64,000 nt of DNA from Podarcis filfolensis (Eukaryota), in assembly GCA_964270895.1 (NCBI GenBank), contig OZ185449.1. The stretch is one strand, 5' to 3'. The position numbers were made by a program, and so were the translations under genes. Position 1 is the first letter of the stretch, and every line of letters starts with the position of its first letter. The notes under the pieces were generated by a model, which saw nothing but the letters and a program-made list of their open reading frames with translations, was not told the DNA's origin and searched no databases. Below are positions 38,481-52,333 of the stretch, in pieces.

Positions 38481-38709
38481 ATACATATTGAAAGGGTCCT
38501 GGTTCTTTTTGTATATGTCAAATGATTGTCCAATTATCCAGTGTTTTGATTCTCTGGTTTTCTGATCCTTTGACTCTCTGCCACAGATGGTTAGAGCTGA
38601 AGGTGGAGGCAACATTAAAAGTGGATTATTGAATATGGGAAGAATTAATGGGGAAATAGGGGGTTTCAGTGACTTTCCTCAAGTAAAATATGAGGCAAAA
38701 ATCACCAGT

Positions 38710-39259
38710 TTTCAGGGCTGGTCCAGAGGCAGGTCAGCAATCAAGACACAGAGACAAGCAGAAAAGTTAGCTCTTTATTCAAGGAAACATACAGCACAGA
38801 AAGGCTTCTGGACAGGACTGACTCCTACAACACAATTGCTAGGACTGAAGGTCTTCACCATCTACTTCCCTCTAAGTCTCCTCCTCAGCCAGACATTTCC
38901 CAAGCAGCCTTAAATTACATGCTGAGGAATCTGTGCTCTTTCTTCTGCTACAAGCATAGCCCTCCATGTCCTTGGAGACAAGTGGGGAGGGGAGCTTAGT
39001 ACAGTAGGAGCTTGAAGCTCCTGAGATGCTTCTGCAGCTTCTGTCCCCTCCTCCTCTGCTTTATCTGCTGAGTCTGAACTGCTTTCTGTACCTGGTTCTT
39101 CTTGCTCACAAAAGCCTGTTGTCTCTTCAGCCTCCAACCATTCCTCCCTGCCCCTTTGCCCTCTCCCAGGGCTCTGAGTCTTCCTCCTCTGAGGTTTCCC
39201 TAGGTGTTTCCCCAACTGGTGCCTCTCACTACCCCTCTTCATCCATCCAGTCCATGATA
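38710..39259 (-). mobile_element. Solo LTR (copy B of the ORF-bearing LTR family)
   Basis: Perfect 5-bp TSD CCAGT (38705-09, 39260-64); minus-strand termini TATCA...TGAAA; AATAAA at 38779-38774. Confidence 0.85.
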
Positions 39260-39900
39260 CCAGTGGGAACACCCAGCCCCTGATTAAACTGAAAACAGGG
39301 CAAAGAGGTATGGACTTACGGGAAAGTGTGGCTGGGCCCAAATGTTTGTGGAAGTACATCACTAAACCATCAACTGAAATATACATTATCCCAAACTGTA
39401 TAAATATTTGCAAAATCCTTACATACACATATCAATGAATCTTTCTGGTTAAGAATGTTACTAGTCATACCTTCAGAAGTTTTTGATTTTTCACAGCAAC
39501 ACAGCTGCTATGAAATCTGCATTCTGTATTATTTTGATATTGCCGTGTTAAAAGGCTTTTATATAATCCTGTTGATTTCCGTGACATTTTCTTGGTAAAA
39601 TCTGTGTGTTTTAACATGTCAAACATTAGTCATTATTTTGAAGCAAAACACTTGCTTCAGGGAATTGAATTTTAAACCGTAATATATGCCTGTTCCTCTT
39701 GTCTGCTACAAGTCTACTTTATGCTATATATTTTCAAATGGAATGTTATATGTTGGACAATTTGGAAATAGCACTTAAATGAGATACTGTATACTTTTTT
39801 CTGATTGCTATCTTAACATGTGAATAGACTCTTGGAGCAGTTATAACTTGCAGAAGAATCATCTGGATCCTAAAACAAGTCATGCAAACAAATATCTTTT

Positions 39901-40138
39901 TTTTTTTTGATAGAGTTACAAGCCTGGTAGATCAGGAGAATACTGTGGACATAATGTATCTTGATTTCAGTAAGACTTTTGACAAAAGTCCCCTGTGATA
40001 TTCTTGCAGAGAAGCTGGTAAAATGTGGTCTGGGTGAGGTAACTGTTAGGTGAATTTGTAACTGGTTGACTGACCAAACTCAAAGAGTGTTCACTAATGG
40101 TTCCTCATCATCCTGGAAAAAAGTGACAGGTGGGGTGA
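39901..40138 (+). mobile_element. CR1 reverse-transcriptase fragment
   Basis: FDRVTSLVDQENTVDIMYLDFSKTFDK...LAEKLVKCGLG...NWLTDQTQRVFTNGSSSSWKKVTGGV. Confidence 0.88.
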
Positions 40139-40155
40139 AAATATAGCAATGCGTG

Positions 40156-40183
<28 letters not shown>
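40156..40183. repeat. (GT)n microsatellite
   Basis: Direct tandem repeat. Confidence 0.95.
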
Positions 40184-40187
<4 letters not shown>

Positions 40188-43134
40188 CAGAATAAATTTG
40201 ATTGAGCTAAAGCTTAATAAAAGTGGGAAGAAATTTGACATCTGCCTAATTTCGCATGCAGATATGGGAGTATTGAGGTGTATGTGACACTTTGTCATAG
40301 GTAGTTCTAAATGCTGCTTCACAAACTTCTGGTATCTTAATAATTTTGTTTATTTTTAAAGCAATACAATTTGTAATTTAATTTTGGAAGTTTCCACTGA
40401 ATGGTGTAGTTTTCCCTCATGTACAAAATATCGATGTAACTCAGAGCTTTCCAAACTTTTCACATTGGTGACACACTTTCTAGACATGCATCGTTTCGTG
40501 ACATGGCAATTCAGTTTTACTAACAAACCAGAGGTAAAGCTAGCCCCTTTCCAGCCCTGTGATGAATGCAGGGAGTGTTTGGTGACACACCTACACACTG
40601 CAGCCACCATGCTAAAGTGTCGTGACACACTGTTTGGAAAGTTCTGGTCTAACTGATTGCCTTCTTTCCTTGAAAGACATGTGTTGGCTAGAAGAATTGA
40701 AGTGAATGAAAAGTTGTCAAGTTTTAAATTATTCCCATAGATTAGTTTTTCACTCGAAATTCACTGACTGTAAGTGGTTGGGAGGGAAAACCATAAAGGA
40801 ATGATTATTTATTTTGAAGTTAATGAAAGGAACTCCAATGGAAGCTGCAAAGTTAGCTTTCTAAAAATAGATAATTCTCTTATCTCTCCCTTATATGGTT
40901 TCTCTAATGACTACTTGTCTGACCTTCCAAAAGCATCTTCTGATCTCATATCCAAAAGATCTCAACAGCTGAAGTAATTCTATGTATTTATTTAAAATCA
41001 TGAGCTTAAATGTAAAGACCTCATCTCATAAAACATTTACTTTTAGCCCTGTAATTTTCCATCCTTGCATTGGATTTCTAATTCAGTAGTGGCCCGAGGC
41101 TGCAAAAAGTAAACCTCACTGGGAAAGAGCTGAATGAAGAGTCAGGGCCACAGATACGCCTTTTTAAAAGCTGACTTGATATTGCTTTAATTGTCATGGC
41201 ACCTCCACAGAACGCTTTAACTGTTTAACTCTAACTGTATTCTAACTGTAGCTCCCTTAGAACTATATAATTCCTATGGCTTTCTATAGGAATGCCGTGA
41301 CAGGTGAGCTAATCTTAAATTCATAGGGTAGATGAAACGTATACTCTGAATTTGCTCCAGGAAGTGATGGATTTTTTGATTTTCAAAAAGATGAAATGAA
41401 ACTCCTTTGTAGAAGATATCCATGTGTAAGGTTCCTTCATAAGCCTTTAAACTTGGGACAAGTTAAAGTATTGCTGCAATGCAGCTGCCTCATAAAGCAT
41501 ATTTAGTATATTTAGTATATTTACGCAATGCTAGGACCTGGCCTAGTGTCCTGCAACCAATATATCAGAGAGCAGTTGAAATATGTGCATCTTTGTTGGT
41601 TGTCCCAGGTAAGTGTTCAGCAAATCCCCTGGAAGTCAACAGATTGCCCAGTGATCAACAATTATTAGTTGCAAAGCTGCATATGTCTTGTTGTCTTCTC
41701 AATACATGCCCTCAGAACATGTCATAAAATATAATACAAACAATGCAGACAATAACTTGCAGCAAAAGCTTTAATTTTAAGCAGATCTCCTTTTGATTAA
41801 AATACTTAATGAACAGGAGATATAATTTTATGCTAAACAATATGCTCTGGATTCTTATAAGCATTTAAAATTATTTTAAATATTATACTTTAAAAAAATT
41901 CCTGTAGGTTTTTGGAATTGGTCATCTTATTACATATTCACATGTGTAGTGCTTCTCTTGACCAGTACTGTCTTCTAGCCAGATGGCCCTAGATTAAAGC
42001 AAGAAATCTGGTCACAATTTCTTCTTTACACTTTCCTCTGACTGATCCCATTCATTTGACCACTGGGGTGGCATTTTGTATTAGATGTAACAATTTTATT
42101 GGCTTGGCAAAAATCCACCCTCAGTTTACCATTAACATACCACAAGCCCTACCAAGACTAACCAGTCTGTTGATTCATCTCAGCAGAAAAGTTTTCCTGC
42201 CCCTTCATTCACGGAAAGCTTCATCCAAATTTCTGCAAACCAAAAAACCCACAGACTTTTTGGCTTCCCCTTCTGACTCTGAGCTAACCTTTTGAAAATG
42301 GTGCCTCTGGTTTTGCAGTCTGCTGACGCAGTGCTTTGGGGGTTTTACCAGTCAATGGTAAATTGATAAGTTGCTCTTTCTTGGTGTTCTGTGTTTGATT
42401 TAGTACACTGCAACATTGCAAAATGATGTGGAAAAGGTTGTAATGAATAAAGTCTATTAGAGCCAAAGCATTTTTTGTCCTTACTGTTTTTTCTATCAAC
42501 GCACTGTAATTACTTCTCTCTTGGAAAAGGGGGGTGGGTGGGTATTATCACGCTGTGCCCTAGTGCTTAAGTGTGCCAATTACAGTGTGCCTGTTACAAG
42601 AGTCAAAGAAGCGCATTGCTAGTAGCAGTGCTGCTTTCAGACAGTAACAAAAGGTGGTTTTGTATAGTTTTGTTACCACTATGTTAGAGCCATCCTGGCA
42701 GTTTTGTGTTATAAAGAGTACCTCCAGACTGTCAGTATTTTGTAGGAGGGATTCAGACACATAAAGTTGGATTGGCACTATCGCACCTTTATATGCTTGG
42801 AGGCCATCCAGCTTATATTGCACAAATTAAATGACAAACCTCTCATACTTGCTTACTGGGCTCTGAGAAGGCCTCACGAGATCTTGCAAAGGCCTGAAGA
42901 GCCACACAGACCACACCTTTGAGGAGACTCCCTATAACCACTGATCAGATGGTCACTGGTTACAAGGAGACCCTTTCCTAAACTCCTCTGCAGAAAAAGC
43001 AGCTTATCTTCAAAGTGCTTCCTCCAGTGCTTTAAATAAAACAACTTCCTCTTGAAAGAAAATGCATAATATTTAAATTGGAACAATTTTTTCCTTTCAA
43101 CAGAAAACAGTTTTCATTTCTTCTTTTATTTCTA

Positions 43135-43373
43135 CAGCGGTACCTCGGGTTAAGAACTTAATTCATTCTGGAGGTCTGTTCTTAACTTGAAACTGTTCTC
43201 AAACTGAAGCACCACTTTAGCTAATGGGGCCTCCCGTTGCGCCGCCGCCGCTATGTGATTTCTGTTCTCATCCTGAAGCAAAGTTCTTAACCCAAGGCAC
43301 TATTTCTGGGTTAGTGGAGTCTGTAACCTGAAGTGTCTGTAACCTGAAGCGTATGTAACCCGAGGTACCACTG
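43135..43373. mobile_element. Tc1/mariner MITE, 239 bp
   Basis: TA TSDs; 18-bp TIR CAG(C/T)GGTACCTCGGGTTA with one mismatch. Confidence 0.9.
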
Positions 43374-43419
43374 TATTTGCATTCAAAGCACTGGAGGAAA
43401 ATCTCCACCTTTGGTCTCA

Positions 43420-43520
43420 TGTTGCTCCTTATGCCTCCCATAAGCCTTTGTCATGCCACTTCTTCCCTCCTCTTCAAATGGTTCTTCAAATCCCAACTTT
43501 TCCCTGAAGCCGCAAGCTCT
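43420..43520 (+). mobile_element. Old L2 3' fragment
   Basis: CCTCCTCTTCAAATGGTTCTTCAAATCCCAACTTTTCCCTGAAGCC resembles the L2 3' end. Confidence 0.45.
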
Positions 43521-44339
43521 TAGTCCCTATCCTGAAATGAAGCCTAAAGTGTTCTTTCCCTTCCTATCCTTGCTTCCCTTTCCTCCTTTCCCTACGTTAA
43601 ACGTAAGATTGGAAGTTGCTTTTAATACTCTACAAAGTGTCATGTACATTGATGCCACTACAGAAATAATAGTATTAGGATATTTAGCTCTATGTAAATA
43701 AGAACATTAGAATATGTGGATCATCTGTTTCAGAAGACAATGTTGTGCCATTGAATCTGAATCTCCCATGTTTCTATAGTTGCTTCTGTTAGCTAACCGG
43801 AGAGTGGTTTACCTCTGAGGATGTTCCAGGGCATTGTGTCATCATATAGCCACCTTTACACACATGTGATTAAGAAGAATGGCATGTGATTCTGGCTTCT
43901 TTCATTTTACAAAATAAGACCTGAAAGTAGAGGGAACATTTATAAAGGGACTTAGTTACATAAATTACATTACACAGAAACAGTGATTTGAGTCATGTGT
44001 GTACTTGTTTAAAACTACTACTTCTGCTGTCCTTTTTCTGATGTTTGTTTTTTGTTTATGGTTGTTATGGTAATATTATGAATTCTTTTTTAATTGATAT
44101 CCCTGGGACTTGGTTTCATGACCTAGGGGACAAACAGTTACTATGGGAGATGGCTGAATGAGGCAGTCATTAGCAGAGGACGCTATGGGGGGGCATTACT
44201 GGAGCTTGGAGGCAGGCAAATAAATGCAACACCACCCTGATGATGTTCAGAAGTTCGTATCAGATACACCTCAAATAATTACTGCTGCCTAATGCAAAGG
44301 TGGGGGAAAATATACAATCATGTTTTTAAGTGTTCTTAC

Positions 44340-44925
44340 TCATCCTTCATCATAAAAGTCCCGGGATGGGTTACAATAAAACAAAACAAAACACTAAAAA
44401 CAGCTAAAATCAGAAGAATCCCCCCCCCCCCCATATAGATATCACAAGAGTTAAAGCGCAGGATAAAAAACTTCATATTCAGTTTAGGGGCTTCCACAGA
44501 GAATGCCCTCTCTCATGTCACTAACCACCCCAATTTCCAAGGATGGTGGAACTAGCAAGAGAGCCCCCTCTCCTGAACTCAACCCAAGAGGGTTTGTAGG
44601 GGAGGAGACAGTCGTTCAGGTATCTGTGGCCTTAATTGCTTAGGGCTTTAAATGCTAATATTAATGTGAGCATCTTGAATTTGCCTGGAAGTGAACCGGC
44701 AACCTGTGCAGCTGTTTTAAAACAGGGATTATATGAATTCCAAATGGAATCTTGGCCAGTACTGGCCCCTGTATTTTGGACCAGTTGAAGTTTCTGAGTC
44801 ATCCTCAGGGGCAGCCCCATGTAAAGCACACTGCAATAATCCAGCCTGGAAGTTACCAGCAGAGTGGCCAAGTCATCTCTGTCCAAAAGTGACTGTAGCT
44901 GGCAACAGATAATGTCACCATGGAC
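44340..44925 (-). mobile_element. L2 LINE 3' portion
   Basis: LLDRDDLATLLVTSRLDYCSVLYMGLPLRMTQKLQLVQN...FK.LTLI..KAL, followed by an L2-type 3' tail. Confidence 0.85.
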
Positions 44926-47074
44926 AGCAATTGATCGTAATGCAGAATTTGAAAAAAAAAGAACTACTGGACAACGTGCAGTTTTGGATATTGAAATCAA
45001 AAATATATTAAAAGTTAGTAAATCAAATGTGATATGAGTGAAGCCAGATGTCATTTCTTTAGTATCTTCAGATAAAGCAGTTATTAAACCATTCACTGGC
45101 ACAACACAGATCCCTAACAGAGTATACTATGTTTGAAAACTTATTGTCAGGTGACCAAACATGAGGAGTATTATGTATGATATATAAAATTATCCCTAAT
45201 TTGGAAATAGTAAAAAAGCCAAAACTCCCCAAAATGGGAGACAGACCTATTGAGGCTTAAAGATTATATGTGGAGTCAAATTTTTGACAACTTCATAAGT
45301 TTGTAGTTTCCTTGGTAGCTATCATCTGTCCCAAATAATAACTGATCCTGCATATGTGGGAGTCATATTAGATTCTGCCTGTTGTCACTGTCTGCAATTG
45401 CAGAACAATAGGGAAATACTGAGAAGGCACTGTTGTTAAGGTTGGTCCATTACTTTCTGAGTGTGTCAGTCGATCAAGTCCAGGTCTCCGTGTTCAACAG
45501 AGGCCAATCAGATGTCTGCAGGAAGATCACAAACAGGATGTAATAGAAGCACTTATCCCCGATTACTTTGCCTCGACTTGTGAACATGGAGGTACTTTGT
45601 TTCGGTGTCATGTCTAACAGCCGTTGAGAGACTTATTCTCCATTAATTTGTCTAACCTGTTTTTACTGTGCCACACTATGCATGTTTACTCAGAAGTCCC
45701 ATTGTGTCCAGTGGAGCTTACTCTAGGCAAGTGCATATAGGATTATGTAAAAGGAATGCTGAATTCCACATGTCAGTATTGTGCTGCTTGAAAAAAATAC
45801 TCTTTTGTCACTGTGTTTCAGCTCTGTATCACCACTTTCAGGTTAACAGGAGTACAGTACTTTTGTTCTAAATTCAGAACTTAAAGCAAAGGGGCAGTTC
45901 TGTGTGGCATAATACCCTCCTGATGTTTACTCTTTGCTCATGATGGTAAGCACAAAATTGGGGGGTGTCATCACATTGTGGCATTGTGTGTTCAAGCTAA
46001 CATTCTTGAACGCTGTTATCCTGTAATAAAGGTATTGAAGGGTGACACCTTTTAGGCAATGGGGTGAATCTTGTGGAAACAGGACTGTGCTGCTTCCCTT
46101 CTTTCCTTCAAAAAAGAAGCTCACATATCTGCAGCTGCTATTTGAGCATTTTCAAGCCAGCTGGTCTGCTTCTCAACTCTATTAATCAATGGGCATGTTT
46201 CCAGTGACATGGCGTGATGCGATCTGGATCCTCAACAGGATACTTTTCCTGATCCCTACAGCCTACAGATCATTGACTGTTCTGTGATGAGGGATGTAGG
46301 GCATCGCCAGAGTCAGTGAATTTCTTTTCTTTCTCAGGCATCTCAAACTTATTTAAGTATGAGGAGGAAGAACAGCAAGTAAGTGTCCTGGTGTACCCTT
46401 CCTGCTGAGAGCTGCATTTCCCACAAATTCCCTTGTTATTTAATTTAGCAGCCACAGACTCCCTTCTGCCAAGTTACCTCCTCCTCATGTATGCTATGCC
46501 TATCTGTTGATTAATTGAATTGCAGGGTGTCAGAACATGGTGCTTCCTTCCCCCAGGTGATTATTTGCCTGAGTTCATCATACACTAATGAATGCTGCTA
46601 TACTACCCACATATCCTAAGAGTCTGGCTTAAATAACAATGGAAAAGTGTTTGTGTAGATGGAAAATATTTTTTGCCTATGGAAGCAGCTGCCCATGAGC
46701 TCACTCTCTGGAAAGCATCCTGATAGCTTCTCATCTTATGGAGCCTCCCCCCACCCCTGTCCTCTTCTCCACACAGTAGCACGTTTAGGAGCCAGGAGTT
46801 TAGAAAACTAACCCTTGGAGTGCTTTCTTTGGCATCCTTGGATCTGCCTGTTGCAAAAGAGACATTTCAGGCAATCCTGTCCTTTCTAGGGAATGCACGA
46901 CTGTTAGGAAATGTACTTTATTTCAGGACATTCTCTTTCCACAAAATAAGTATCCTTAGCTCCATAAATCCCCTTGGAACAGGAATTCTAGCTGGAAGAA
47001 TTGAAAGAAAGATAGCCTTCTTGTACAAAGACCATCAGTTCTCCATAAAGCACTTAATGTACTCCATAAAGTAT

Positions 47075-47185
47075 GTTAATCAGAGTAGACCCGCTGAAAG
47101 TAATGGACCTAAATTAGTCATGTTCATTAAGTTCAGTGTGTCTACTCTGAATAAGACTAACAGTGGACTCAGCCCTAAGTCTGTA
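47075..47185. mobile_element. Palindromic non-autonomous DNA element
   Basis: CAGAGTAGACCC.../...GTCTACTCTG inverted arms; paralogue at 55565-55680. Confidence 0.6.
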
Positions 47186-47984
47186 AATAAAATGTGGTAT
47201 TTCTTCATTTAAGTGGCTTTAATACATTTTAAAGATTATGGGGTAGAAACCTGATTTAAATGTGTACTCCACTGCTGTGGAAGGCAGAGAAAGATGCTCC
47301 AAGCATAGGAGCCAACTCCTAGGGGCTGAGGTCCCTTTGCTCCCCACTAAAATATTTGAGGGGGCTGCCCCTCCCCAAGTTGATAAGCATTGCCGTTCAA
47401 ATGGTGTGCAAGCACTGTGTCTTGTGATTGATTATGCAGGACAAGATTTTCCTGGGCCACCCCAATTTTTTATTCAAGCTGGAACCCCTGGCTACAAGTA
47501 AGACAATATGACATTCATAATAAAAAGTTGGTTGTCGAGAGTACAAATGCAAGAACAGCCATATCAACCCCATAACAGTCATGTGATAGAAGTTGTGCTG
47601 CGAGCACAACTTGAACACCCAGTAAACCTCATCAGCAGGCAGGGATTTGAGCCTGGGTTTCCCACATCAGAACTAGCACACAGTAAAGGCACCCCAGCTT
47701 TTAAACTTCTTGGTAGCAGTAAATATATTATTTGTAATATCCTTATCAGGAGATGTTGCATGGCATACTTTGAATCTAGAATGGGGCAGTGGTTCCTTTG
47801 ACCATTAGCTGTTCATTATTGCACTAGATATCTGATGGGAAGAAACAGGGCCTGCACCACTTGTAACTTGTTGAATGCAAGCTACCACCTGTGTGTTGTG
47901 GTCTTAAAGGTGCTTCACAAACACACCTGCTTCTACAGTCTCAAGCAGATGGAGGAAACAAGAAAGTTATGCTTGAGATAGATA

Positions 47985-48098
47985 TTTTTATTATTGCAAG
48001 TTTTTAAAGCAGTTTTTAACATTATGTTTTAATGTTGTAACCTGCCCTGGGTTCCTTAGGGTAAAGGGTGTGTAATTATTATTATTATTATCATCATT
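47985..48098 (+). mobile_element. L2 3' tail with (ATT)n
   Basis: TTTTAATGTTGTAACCTGCCCTGGG...AGGGTGTGTAATTATTATT. Confidence 0.6.
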
Positions 48099-50864
48099 AA
48101 TTGGATAACTATAGAATCACACTATTTTTCACCCTATTCTTTTTACATATGAATGGGGGGCGGCGGTTTGATTTAGATTAGTGTTCTGTATTTTCCATCT
48201 TCTCATTCCAATGTAGCTTCAGCTGCTTATTTATTATCTTTGACTTTATTTTGACAGATAATATCTACCTCTTTTTTAATTTTTTCTTGGGACAGACATA
48301 TGTTAATATTACAGTTACTTCACTTGCTGTGTATCTAGCTGAGTTTTTATATTAATGTATTTTCATTCTGTAAAGTTTGATACTTCCCCCATTGTTTAAC
48401 CTACATTATAACACTTCTAGATTTTGCTGCTATACCACCACATACACTTTTATCTAACCAGAAGAAAAAGCAGAAACAGAATATCAGAAATGAGAAGAAA
48501 CACTAGAGAAAACATTTGCTAATTTTTTGGAAAGTACAAACTATTTCCATACTTTTGGGCAACAGTTTGGGAATAAGATATTTTTCTCTATCCACAGTCA
48601 CTTGCTGTTGTGTCCCCTTGGTTCATTACTGACTTTTATTTGTAAAGAAATGATTGTCCCAGCTAGGAATTCAGTTAAATTTTACTCTGGGTCAGCAAGG
48701 CAACAATTAAAAAAAAAATGACCAGTTAGTGCATGGTTTCACAAGTCTTTTGTTTTTTTCCAACCACACATAATTTAAAGCTTTTGGAAATTGAGCTTAC
48801 CATCTCAGACTTCTTTAGGTAGGTGTTCCCAGGTCTGCATGCCAACGAGAAAGACTACCCACACAAGATGTTGCCACTGTAACATTTCCTGCTGGCTATA
48901 TTTCCTTTCACACCAGAGTTACAGGTGTGGGGGGTGGATGTTTTTACTTCCATGACAGCTTTAGTGCAGCTCTAGAAACCATATGAAGCATCTGTCTGCT
49001 TAGTTCAGCTGCAGTCTCACCCTCATGGGAGTATTTAAGGTGCTCTGAAATACTTAATACATTCTATTTCTACCGAGTGTTCCAAAGTTACCAATTTTAG
49101 CCTGCCTGTTCTGGTCACACTTAATTGTAGTGAATGTTCAAAAACTTCCACCACATCCAATTCCACCACCATCATTCTGTTCTCTTTTTCCTCATTTCCA
49201 TAACCTTTTGTCAAGTTTCAGTGTCCCCAAATATTTCCCCCCCAAAAGGAACCATGAATGGTGTAGAACTCATAAATTTATTGTAATATGTAGCTTAGCT
49301 GTTATTTGTCAGGAATAAAACAGAGCAAATGAAATAATTTTTATTCTTAAAGACAGACATAATTTCTTCATATCTCAGAATTGTTTTAACTATCCATTTA
49401 TTGCAGTTGTTGTACTAACAGAACAAAAATGTAGTGAAAGGGAACACACATTGGTTTCTTATGAAATCATGCAGTATTAGGGCACATTTGGTGACGATAC
49501 TGGTTCTAAAGAGCACGTTGTCCTGAAGAGCATCTAAGTAGTGATGTTGCCTTTGAAAGCAAACAGTGAGTTATTTCCAATATGTAAAAGCATCAACTAA
49601 CAGGCAAGCTTCTATGCAGGTTGCACAGGCATTATGAAAGTGGTGAAATTGTTGAGCAAACCTGTAACAGCTCAGGCAGGAATGGGAACCAGCAACATAG
49701 GAATATATTTTTTATTACCTATTGAGAAAAGTTTCAAAAGAAGGAGAAAGAGCAGCTTATTGTATTGGGCTCCAGCACCTCCAGCTACAAGAAATCATTG
49801 GCTGTGAGAGCTGAGAGAGAGAGAATACATTGGCTGTGTATTCTTTTGACCCCCCCACCACACATTAAGGAAGTTCTGCAAGCTGGTACAAGTTACATGG
49901 TCTTCCATCATTTATCTGAATTGGGCTACATATTAAGGGGTTGTCTGAAAATGCTAAAATACATCGAATTTGTGGGAACAAGTGCCAAATTGCCAGATAA
50001 AAAAACCAGTTCCTGGATTCTGAAGGATTTTTTTTAAGTTTCCCTGAAGAATCAGCATTGAAATGTTGAAAGAAGTGGTATATCCACAAATATAAAATCA
50101 GTGAAATCAAGTTCATTTGACAAATTGCAGAAAATGGAGTTCTTCATGCCAGAAGGGAAAATGCAACAGGCGCATGCAGTTCTCATCCATGACTTGGCAC
50201 TTGGTGACATGAAGTGGTCTTTTTAATGTCAGAGTTACTGTCTGCCTCCAACCAGGGAAAGCAGCAATTTCAGTATTCCCATGCTCTGTCTTGCAGCTTT
50301 TGATCACTTAAACTATAACAGTGCAAAATACAGAACAAAGTATCATGCTTAAATTAATCCACGTCACACACTAGGTTGAGTTAAGAAAATGAATGTCCAT
50401 TCAGTTGGAAGAAGGACAGTTAAGAGTTCACAGAAATTGCAAAAAGGCCACTGTTTCCTCAGGTGTGCTGCTTGCTGGGAGGAGAAGAAAAAACAAATTA
50501 AGAATGGCTTTCAGAAAAAATTTTCTCAGCAGAAAAACCTTTTCAGCCAAAAATGAAATAGCTGCTAGAGAGTATCTTGAACCCCGCTATCCAAAAGGAC
50601 TAGACTAAGCATGTTTAAACAACCTGTATGATTTGTTACATGGACCTGTGGATTTGTGTTTTAAAACATGCTTCCATCCTAGATGAAAAGATGTGGCTGC
50701 TCCCTGACTCACCATTTGCGTTTCTTGGGATTATTCTAGTATTAGTATGTAGACAGAGTATCACTTCACACTGTGTCACTAGGTTACTGTGACACCTAGA
50801 ATGCAAGCATCAACTCTTCTTCAATAAAGGTGCCCAGTTAGATGTGCCTTCCATCATTCTATAT

Positions 50865-51128
50865 CATGGGTAGGCAAACTAAGGCCTGGGGGCCGGATGC
50901 GGCCCAATCGCCTTCTCAATCTGGCCCGCGGATGGTCCGGAATCAGCATATTTTTACATTAGTAGAATGTGTGCTTTTATTTAATTTAAAATGCATCTCT
51001 GGGTTATTTGTGGGGCATAGGAATTAGTTCTTTCTTTCTTTTTCAAAATATAGTCCGGTCCCCCACAAGGTCTGAGGGACAGTGGACCAGCCCCCCCCCC
51101 TGCTGAAAAAGTTTGCTTACCTATATGG
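50865..51128. mobile_element. hAT MITE, inverted paralogue of 20015-20265
   Basis: CATGGGTAGGCAAACT start; shared interior AAAATGCATCTCTGGGTTATTTGTGGGGCATAGGAA; candidate TSD TTCTATAT. Confidence 0.8.
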
Positions 51129-52190
51129 TTCTATATGGTTGAAGAGGACAGATATTCTGGTTTGTTGGAGGACAAGAGAAAAGAGCCAGGAAAAGCCCAT
51201 TTATGCAGGAGGACCTTCCCAGGGGAAAAAGAAGTGCTCCAGAATCCAGACTGATAGGATTCTAACTCACATTGGATTTTTACAATGATCAAATACACAT
51301 GTTGAACACAGAAAAACAAACCCATCTGAATTATTTGGTTGTGTTAATTTACCCTAAAGTTGCAATTCTAAGCATGCTTGTGGGGAGAATGTTGAATGTG
51401 ACTCACATGAAAGAAGGGAATATATTTCCAAGAAGTATTTTGAGTAAATGGTATGTTATGTATTTTTCAAATATTTAACAACTCTGTTGAGCCGCTTGAC
51501 TTTCCTTCGGTTCCCATTACTTCTTATGAAATTAAATCATTTAGGATTGTAGGTCGCATTCCCAAAACTTTGCTGAAAAGTTGAAAACTTTGCTGAGAAA
51601 AATTCATCTGCAGGAATGAATTTCAGTTTCCCAGACGGGAAAATGATTTTTAAAAAATATTTGAAAATTCAAAATATTGGGTTATATTTGGTTCGATTAT
51701 AAGCAGATTACATTGACATAAACTATTCACCCCCAAAATGTGGTGTGCTTTTATTTTCTACATGTGTTACTGTATTAAGTTATAATAACATGTTAATTAT
51801 TATCAATGATCCTTTCAAAGCTTCCCTATATTGTCCAGGCCTGGAGGTTTTTTGCTTGAGATGTGCCCTATTCAGTATTTTGTGATGGCTTGCCGCTGCT
51901 CTGAGGGGGACGGGATTTACATTTGACTCTCACAGCTGCTGTTCCTGTTATTTTAGTCTTTGGAATTTATCATGATAGTTTGATGTTTTAAAACCCCACA
52001 AGTGTAGCTTTAGGAGCAAGCACAATTCATTTCTGAAATCTTAGTGTGTTCTTTTCCAAGGCAGGGCAAGAAAACACAAAAAAGTATTTAATCATAACTG
52101 CATTCTCTCTCAAAAAACAAAAAGATGAAGCCACCTTCTGTGAGTGGATTTCCCAATTTTCTGATATTTTCTCCTTTCCTATCAGTACCA

Positions 52191-52333
52191 CATGGACATA
52201 GCCAAGGAGAGCAGGGGGGCAGTTGTCATCCCCCCCCCCCCGAAGCCTGACCCCTGCAATGGGATTTTGGGGGGAATTTTACCTCAACAACTTTCTGTGT
52301 CCCCCCGCCAAAAAAATCCTGGTTACGCCCATG
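52191..52333. mobile_element. hAT-type MITE
   Basis: Degenerate TIR CATGGACATAGCCAAGGA / TCCTGGTTACGCCCATG; no TSD seen. Confidence 0.6.

Noticed and set aside
38910-39428. 172-aa ORF as a host gene
   Set aside because: Most of it lies in a TSD-bounded solo LTR, and its start is outside the element in a different frame from the LTR's own ATG.
44632-45102. 156-aa ORF as a host gene
   Set aside because: L2 ORF2 remnant.
50393-50608. Basic 71-aa ORF
   Set aside because: No recognisable homology or splice context; likely chance.
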